Made by a program: the position numbers and the translations under genes
The notes under the pieces: generated by a model
Database searches by the model: none
What the model saw: the letters and a program-made list of their open reading frames with translations, nothing else
What the model was told of the DNA's origin: nothing
Shown: piece by piece, positions 53,552-64,000 of the stretch
Layout of the letters: every line of letters starts with the position of its first letter
Position numbering within the stretch: position 1 is the stretch's first letter
Assembly: GCF_009914755.1 (NCBI RefSeq)
Contig: NC_060933.1
Strand: one strand, 5' to 3'
DNA: 64,000 bases
DNA from: the human T2T-CHM13v2.0 reference genome, Homo sapiens

Positions 53552-54144
53552 TGTGGTAGGCAGGATTCTAAAGATGGCGCTCCCAAGGCGATATCCCATC
53601 CACCTGGCATACAAACACTGCCTAACCCCGGGAACCATGAATATAATGTGTTTGACTCCTGTAATTAGGTCATTTGTATGGCACAATTGTCCCTAAGATA
53701 GGGATATTATTTGAATGCATTGACTTAATCAGAGGTGCACCTGACTTAATCAGAGCTTTGAAGAAGTCAGAGAGGTGAGAAGCCTGAGAGAGTTGAAGAT
53801 GCGAGAGTTTCTCTGCTGCTGAGATGCCAGGCCGCGTGGGGAGGCCTTGAGAGGAATCTCTGGAAGCTGAGAGGGGTCCGCAGCTGGCAGCTAGGAAGAT
53901 GGTGCGTACTGAGTTATACAATCACAAGGAAACAAATTCTGCTGATAACCTGAGGGGTCTTGGAAGCAGCTCTTTCCCTGGCCGAGCCTCCAAGATGAGA
54001 ATGTATCCAGGCAACATCTTGAATCCAACCTCACGAGACCCCAGGCAGACTCCCACGGATCGGGAGACATATGACATAATAAATGCACATCATTTTAAGC
54101 CAGTGAGTCTGTGGCAAAATTTGCAGCAACAGAAAATAAACACA
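53552..54144 (+). mobile_element. MLT1E-like solo LTR
   Basis: TGTGGTAGGCAG.ATTCTAAAGATGGC...CACAAGGAA...AATTCTGC..A.AACCTGA...TTTTAAGCCA.T.AGT.TGTGG. Confidence 0.8.
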
Positions 54145-55044
54145 GCAACCACCTCATTTATGAAAATGCACCTTAGAATTTAATTTTCATAATTTCATAG
54201 AGATTCTGTGAATGTTTTTGTATTATGAAAGTAATTCAGCTGTTCTCACTCCAGTTTGGAGACTTTAGGGGAGAATTCCTATACTGTAACTTATGTTTCA
54301 AAATATTCTGATGGGCACGTTTGAGCTCTGTAAGTTCTTCCTGCCTTATTTCCAGCTGTGTTTCACAGTGATTGCACAGACTTCGGTCCCTGCAGGATTG
54401 GCCTTACTATTGCAGAAAGAAAAACACCAGATTCAAAAACTGTCACATGACAATGATGACAAGGTGCATCATTGTCGAGATGTAATGTGGTCAGGAGTCT
54501 GAGGTATAAAAAGGATCCATTCATTTACTCTTTATAATTGGAGATTCTTCTACAAAATGGTTCAGTTTTCTCCCACTGATGAGTGGTGTCTGTTTCTCTG
54601 GAGAGTGCTTGGAGAAAGGCAATGTGGAGTACTGTGGAATATTGATGGATGTTGTACCTTTATAGCTAAAGCAACCTTCCCTCATGCCACCAGCATCAGG
54701 CAGTTCATATCATAGGACCAAGCACAAAACTTATTTTTTCTTCATGTTTTCTCCCAACACCGAGGCTTTTTCTTCTGCTCTGCTCCTCTGTCACCTAGCT
54801 CTGCAACTTCCCCAACTTCTTGCACCCTCTTAGTCCCTGTTCTCTCTATGACCCTGCCTCATCGCTTCTCCACAATAACTTCCTCATACAATTTTCATGA
54901 GGGTCACCTAGAAGAGTGACAGGTACCCAAAGCATATACTTTATGCTGAGCATTTGATGTCATCCAATGTCCTTTCCAAAAGGAACCATTTCTGCTAGGT
55001 TGGTATTCTCCAAAGCCCAAAAGTCCTTAGAAGTGCTCCATAGT

Positions 55045-55714
<670 letters not shown>

Positions 55715-56457
55715 TTATGGAGCAGCCTCTCAGGCCCTCAGGCCCCATGAGCCCAAATCTCTTTCTGGGAGATTCGAAGAGATGCACAGGTCGCTCCACC
55801 AGGTAATGGGGCAGGTCCAATAAACTGTAACCTCATGCAACCAGCAATGCCCGAGAAGTGGGTTCTGAAAGGGCTCAGCAATCTCATGTAGCCTCTCCAG
55901 GACTCTCTCACCTTCCTTCACAGTAAGTCCTTTGTGAGTCAGGCTCATATAAGGAGAATGTGACTTTCCTTACCTCAGCTCTTCACACCTATGGACATCT
56001 TTAATTGTTACTGCAAATTGACCACAACTTTGTTGTAACTGTAGCAATTTGCAAAAGAAGTGTATGTGTGTTGGGTGATGGATGGGTGATGGGCACCTGG
56101 TTTTGCTCCAGGAAATAAAATAATTTGCAATTTCAGGTCTTTAAAGAATGTTGAGTCTATCATAGTCCGACTGACGCACAGACGTTAGCCCAGAAAGACT
56201 GTGGCAGACCTCTGATTTACAGAGCTGTAAGATGGAGTGTTTCCTGGCCTCCTTCGCCACACGTTCTTTCCTCCCTTTTCTGAACTTCCCAGCATGAGGT
56301 TTGCCTACATGCCTGTGTCAGGCACTGAGTTGTGACAGTCCTGAAAGTGAGGTCCCTGTCTCTCTATGCCTAGCATGCTATCTCACCAAAGTCAGTCTTT
56401 CGAAAGTATGTGAGGATTTATTGCATTCCAGTTAAAAGCAGCTGCCCCATTATATGA

Positions 56458-56784
<327 letters not shown>

Positions 56785-57419
56785 CCATTATACCAAATCT
56801 TAAAACAGATAGTTCCCTGTGTATAGAGCATATTGCAGCTATGCTCAGGGGAGATGATATTCCTAGCACTAAATTACCTGTTTTGAACTATTGAGTAAAT
56901 GTAGCCTCAACCGTGCAATGCTAAAAGACAAACACTATTTTTTATTTCTTGCAAAATAATATTTTATTCACAAAATATCCATTATAAGGCTGAAGAGTTC
57001 AATGATATCCATATGGTGAAATATGTAAACAAACAAATCTTTATAGTTGCTAAGAGGTTAGCGATGCATTTACGTGCTCTTCCAGCCTGTTGGCATTTAA
57101 CCTGCATTAATCACTTTTGAATAATTGATACTGTGATCTCCCATTGTTCATTCAACTTAATAAGGTGAAACTTTAAAAACCACACTGATTAAGATCTTCC
57201 AACTTGAAAACCTCTATTCTTTTCTCTATCTTAGTTTCCTAAGAATGTGAGCTACTAGTTTTTAAAGAAATATAGTCCTAGACAGAAATAGAATAGAGAT
57301 TGCACACATTCATAAATTTGTCTGACTCCTAACGAGAGTACCTTGTCAAGGGTAATATGGCTTATGTGTTAGAAATATAATTTAAAATTAATAAAATACC
57401 AATTTTATCACATTATGGT

Positions 57420-58020
57420 AATGTTTACTGCTTTCCTGAAGTGTTTGAGATTTTCCTGTAGAATGTACTTGGAGCATGTACAGTTATACAATGAAAGTAA
57501 TAAACTATTAAATCAAAAAATATTTTAGAAACACTCAGTATATGAACCTCTTGCTCTAGCGTAATCTATGTATATGTTTTACATCCGGTGTTAGAACATA
57601 GGCATTTTTCTTACAGAAATTCTCAAATAAGGACAAAACATCCCCCTAATATGTAGTAGAATGTTTACTGCGGCACTGTTTGTAATAATAATTTCTAAAA
57701 ACCTGACAACTCTCTAGAATGTTATCAGTGAGGGATAGAAAAATCATTCTGAATCCTTGCTATCTAGCAGGGTGCAGCTGTGAGAAAGTAGGAGAGAAAC
57801 CTAGCTACGGCGTGACACGGAGAGATCACCAAGACAGAAATGACATGAGAGAAGAAAGGAAGTCAGATAATAATGCATAAAGTAATATTCCATTGATGCT
57901 AGAATGCAGCCAGACAACACAGGTGTGTTTAGAGAAATTTATTAGCTAAACTTAGACATTGTTTGAAACTTTTATAAAAATGCATTTGTGGTCTACAAAT
58001 ATGTACATTAATAAAAATAA
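57420..58020 (+). mobile_element. L1ME-like 3' fragment
   Basis: GAATGTTTACTGCGGCACTGTTTGTAATA. Confidence 0.5.
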
Positions 58021-58069
58021 AACAGCACTTATTGTGCATGCACACTCAGTGCATCTCTCTGAAGTGAGA

Positions 58070-58150
58070 ACTCATAATTTTCCAGATGAGGAAACTCAGG
58101 CACAATGAGGTTAAGGGATTTCACCCAGAGCCCACGTTCAGTGAGCAGGG
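58070..58150 (-). mobile_element. MIR core
   Basis: TTTTCCAGATGAGGAAACTCAGGCAC...GAGGTTAAG. Confidence 0.75.
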
Positions 58151-58269
58151 AGCTTTGTAAGGCTCTGGAGCCTTTGTTCTTAATTATCGTTGCTGTATTA
58201 TGCTTTGAGTAATGAAAACAAATCAACTCAGGAGTTTTAACCAAAAACATCTGTTAAAGAAAACGAGGA

Positions 58270-58593
<324 letters not shown>

Positions 58594-58624
58594 CTAAGAT
58601 CTCTTGAGCAATTACATCTTACAG

Positions 58625-58830
58625 GAGTGTGAGCTTTGGGGTCAGCTGGCTTTGGGTGAGACTCCAGTTTTGATGCTGACACTTGACTGTGGGCGGTTAA
58701 CTAAGTCCCACTGAGCTGGTTTCGAACCCGTAAAATGTAAAGTGTAGGCACTGCTTTATGGGGTTACTGTAGCGAGAGGGGCTGGTCCTGAGGCAACCTG
58801 GGGATAGTTCCTAGCAAGTGCTCAGGAATA
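58625..58830 (+). mobile_element. MIR
   Basis: GCTTTGGGGTCAG...CACTGAGCT.GTTTC....C.GTAAAATG...AAGTGCTCAG. Confidence 0.6.
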
Positions 58831-59008
58831 ATATCACTTTCCCCCATGACTCCAAAATCCCAGGATCTTTAGTCTTACCTGAATATGTATGGAGTAAAAC
58901 ATATTCCCAAGTTATGAGATCTCTCTGGAGCTCAGTCTTTCATATCAAACTGCTAACCAGACACCTCCACTTGCATGAGCCACGGACCATTAATACTCAG
59001 TCTATTTG

Positions 59009-59287
59009 TTTGTTTGTTTGAGACGGAATCACCCAGGCTGGAGTGCAGTGACACAATCTTGGCTCACTGCAACCTTCGCAACTTCTGTCTCCTGGGTTCT
59101 AGCGATTCTCCTGCCTCAGCCTCAGAGTAGCTGGGATTACAGGTGAGCTGCCTCCGTGCTTGGCTAATTTTTGTATTTTTAGTAGAGACGGGGTTTCACC
59201 ATATTGGCCAGGCTGGTCTCGAACCCCTGACGTCAGGTGATCTACCCCCACCCTCGGCCTCCCAAAGTGCCCGGATTACAGGCGTGC
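59009..59287 (-). mobile_element. AluS, slightly 5'-truncated
   Basis: 17-bp TSD AATACTCAGTCTATTTG at 58992-59008 and 59288-59304. Confidence 0.92.
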
Positions 59288-59309
59288 AATACTCAGTCTA
59301 TTTGAAACC

Positions 59310-61035
<1,726 letters not shown>

Positions 61036-61293
61036 TAAGGAAAATATCTGATCAGTGATTTGATGATAAAAAATACACTATATAATGAATACCTAGAAGT
61101 TTATTATAGTTAAATGGGCCGTCTCTGAGATGGAATAACTTCACTACGATTTATGTGTTTTAGAAACATAATGACATATAATTCACAGATTTAATGACAG
61201 TGTCACATCTATACTTCCATTTTATGTGGCATAATGTAGAAAGAGCGAGTTTTATTATCCAGATTACATAATAAGGAAACAGTGTTTAAATGC

Positions 61294-61945
61294 TGATATG
61301 GTTTGGCTGTGTCCCCAGTGATTCAAAGACCAAAAGGGCTTAAATAAAAAGAAGACCGAAGGAAGTAAATAGAAAAGAGGAGGGAATTTATGAGAAACCA
61401 TTTTAAATGGTCCATTTTCAAGGCATGATAAATCAAAAGTACTGGAAGCCAGCCTGCAAATTTAACAAACCGCACTGCTCATGCACCTAGAAGGTCACAG
61501 TAAGCAAACAATGAAAAGGAGGGGTTAGCCCATAAAAGGGAAAAAAGTTTCATTATTGGGAAATTGAAACAAGCAAGAAAGAGGACCGGGATATAACCTT
61601 ATAAGGGGGATAATGAAACTTAGGTGACATCCAGGAAAATTGTAACCCCATAGCACTCAACCAATGAGGAACTTGGGGAGGGACTTGCGTACTGGAAGAT
61701 AAATTACTTGTTGTGACTGCCCCAGATGTACCTACCTACCAGACACCCAATCTTGCAAGACCATTATTAAGTCTCACTTTCGCTGTTCTTCATGCCTCTA
61801 AGTCCATTCTTTGGGTTTGGATGGATGAGTAGATTTCTCACACCCACCCAAATCTCATCTTGAATTTCTACTTGTTGTGGGAGGGACCTGGTGTGAGGTA
61901 ATTGAATCATGCAGGCAGGTGTTTCCCATGCTATCTGTGTGATAG
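61294..61945 (+). mobile_element. THE1 5' fragment interrupted by an ERV1 piece
   Basis: TGATATGGTTTGGCTGTGTCCCCA | insert | CCCAAATCTCATCTTGAATT...GGGAGGGACC.GGTG.GAGGTAATTGAATCATG. Confidence 0.85.
61318..61842 (+). mobile_element. ERV1 3' internal stub + polypurine tract + LTR (MER83/84-like)
   Basis: PPT AGAAAAGAGGAGGGAA immediately before TATGAGAAA...TTTCTCACA terminal inverted repeats; CCAAT and ATTAAA-like elements; flanked by CCCA. Confidence 0.7.
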
Positions 61946-62697
61946 GAACGGTGTCTCTTGCACACAGATGGTACTGACTTCAACTATGTCAAACAAAAAG
62001 TTGTTTGATAGTTACTTAACAGTCATCTCATTTGCTACTATACCTTCAAGAATAAGCCACTGATTCAATTTATCTAAAATTATGATGTTAAAATAATTTT
62101 TGAAGTTTGTTTTTACATATATCTGATTATCTACCTACCTATATTTTATTTTACCAAGTTAATTGCTTTTAACTTCAGTGTTCTTAAAATCACTCTGCCT
62201 CCTTTGCATTATGGTATAAAAATAGAACAATCTTTTTCCTATTGATTTCTAAATGCTTGATGTCTCCTCTCCTTCTCTTTAAAACCCAATCTGATAGTGT
62301 GGATTTAACATGCCTACCTTCAACATTTTGTTATTTGTATTAAGTTATTTCACAGTATTATTTTTTAAATTATATGCCTTATAAGTCAGGTTTGGACTTT
62401 TACTCCTGGTTGGGAATTCTTAAATAAAATAAAAAGTGATTAGTTGTCAAAGTTTACTTCAAGCATAGCTAAGAAAATTTGGCCCATAGTTCTTTCCTCT
62501 TGTTGCTATAAGATCTGTGCTTTATCTATCAAGAAGAAGCATTTCTCATTTTCAACCTACAAGTCATGATTAAGGAATTAATAGAAGAACACGCAATGTC
62601 CTTGTTCAACAGGAATTATCAGGGTTAAGTCAAATTCTTATAACTCAGCGGTTAATTACTCAATTTTTGCATTTTGTTATATAAATTTTTACCCGGT

Positions 62698-62737
62698 CTA
62701 CTTTGCAAGTAGTTTCAAATAACTACTTGCAAAGTAG
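62698..62737. repeat. Perfect 17-bp inverted repeat with 6-nt loop
   Basis: CTACTTTGCAAGTAGTT-TCAAAT-AACTACTTGCAAAGTAG. Confidence 0.9.
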
Positions 62738-63436
62738 TCACTAGCTGTTATCAGTCTATTCATGATTTGCCATGGTAATTTCTTCCTATCACTCATCTCT
62801 TCTGCATTGCTGAGTAAAGGAAACAATGATCAACTTAAAGCATGTGGAAAACAAAATAAATAGAGACTGAGAGAAAAACAGCAAATTTTACTTGTGTATT
62901 TAAGATTTTCTTCCTTTCTATGGCTTGATTTTATTTGATGTTTGGAACACAATCTATTTCTAAAATTTGTGGGGACAGTTCCATCTTTTGGTTTCTGTGT
63001 TTGCATTTCCACCTCACTTCCTTAAATTAATTTTCTTCCATAATATTTCATGTTAACATATATCTAGGTTTTGTGATCACACACAAACACACACAAAGAC
63101 ACACACAGCTCTTCTTGAAGTTTGTACACCATTTACACCATTTTTCTGGACTGTCGAGACTATTATGATTGTTTACATTGAGGGATGAATTTTTGAAGAC
63201 ATATGAATTGAAACAAAGGTCAGTGGACCAATTCAGTGTATTGCAAAGTTGTTTATTATAATGAGATTATTATCAGGGCTTTAAGCCTTTTAGGCCATGA
63301 GGAACAATTAATGGCACTCCAAATTTACATTGAGTAAATTAATATTTGTAATACTTTATATATCTTTTGCCCCCCTCAAAATAAAATAATATAGTATTAA
63401 ATCAACTCAAGAGAAAATTTTAGGAAACAACTTGTT

Positions 63437-63968
63437 TATAGTAGACAGAATTATAAGATACCTCCTCCCACTGCCCATGGCCAATATTTTTTACCCTATT
63501 GTATACACACCTACTCCCAGTTTTTCAAACACTGATATAGATACTGCTGTGGAGAGATTTTGCAGATGTAATTAAGGTCCTGATTCATTGATAAGGAGAT
63601 TATCTGGATGGACCCTAACATGGGGAGATTTTTCTAATCATATGAGTCCTTACAAAGCAGAAAATTTTCTCCAGCTGATGTCAAAAAAGGAAGTCAGAGA
63701 TTCAAAACACAAGAAGAATTTGACATGCTATTGCAGTTTTGAAGGAATACAGTATCCTCTAGGATGTGACAGTGGCCTCAGTGGACAGCCAGTGAGCAAA
63801 CAGGATCCCAGTCCTACAACCACAAGGAATTGGATTCTCTCAATTGTGCTGATAAGCTGGAAGCAGATTCTTCCTTGCTCAGTCCTCCAGATGAAAACAG
63901 CCCACAGCAGTTTGATTTCAGATTTGTGAGATGATGAGCAGAGAACCCAAGCAAGCGACACCAGATTT
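63437..63968 (+). mobile_element. MLT1E-like LTR, followed by poly-T (likely next Alu tail) at the window edge
   Basis: GATTTTGCAGATGTAATTAAGGTCC...GGAGATTATCTGGATGG...CAGTCCTACAACCACAAGGAATTGGATTCT. Confidence 0.8.
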
Positions 63969-64000
63969 CTTTTTTTTTTCTTTCTTTCTTTTTTTTTTTT

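Overview
This is primate (human-like) genomic DNA with no recognisable protein-coding exon, RNA gene, CpG island or CRISPR array. It is dominated by interspersed repeats: about 38 Alus (J, S and Y types), a near-full-length but dead L1PA at 29062-34875 with a 15-bp TSD, older L1PA/L1PB/L1M pieces, several LTRs (LTR18, THE1, MST, MLT1, MLT2A, MER4-type, LTR12), MIR, L2 and a MADE1 MITE. The ORF-track entries trace to Alu, L1, LTR or tandem-repeat sequence, or resemble nothing I recognise. The standout is an ~8.1 kb degenerate 15-bp tandem array at 10536-18645 (consensus ~GTTGCTAAGGGCATT, roughly 380 units after removing inserted elements). It matches no satellite family I recognise. It is interrupted by elements as old as MLT1, shows CpG-decay and higher-order structure, and its unit resembles an RFX X-box. 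Immediately to its left is a rearranged block in which the two ends of one LTR18-in-L1 composite occur in permuted order. All repeat subfamily calls are from recalled consensus features, not database searches.
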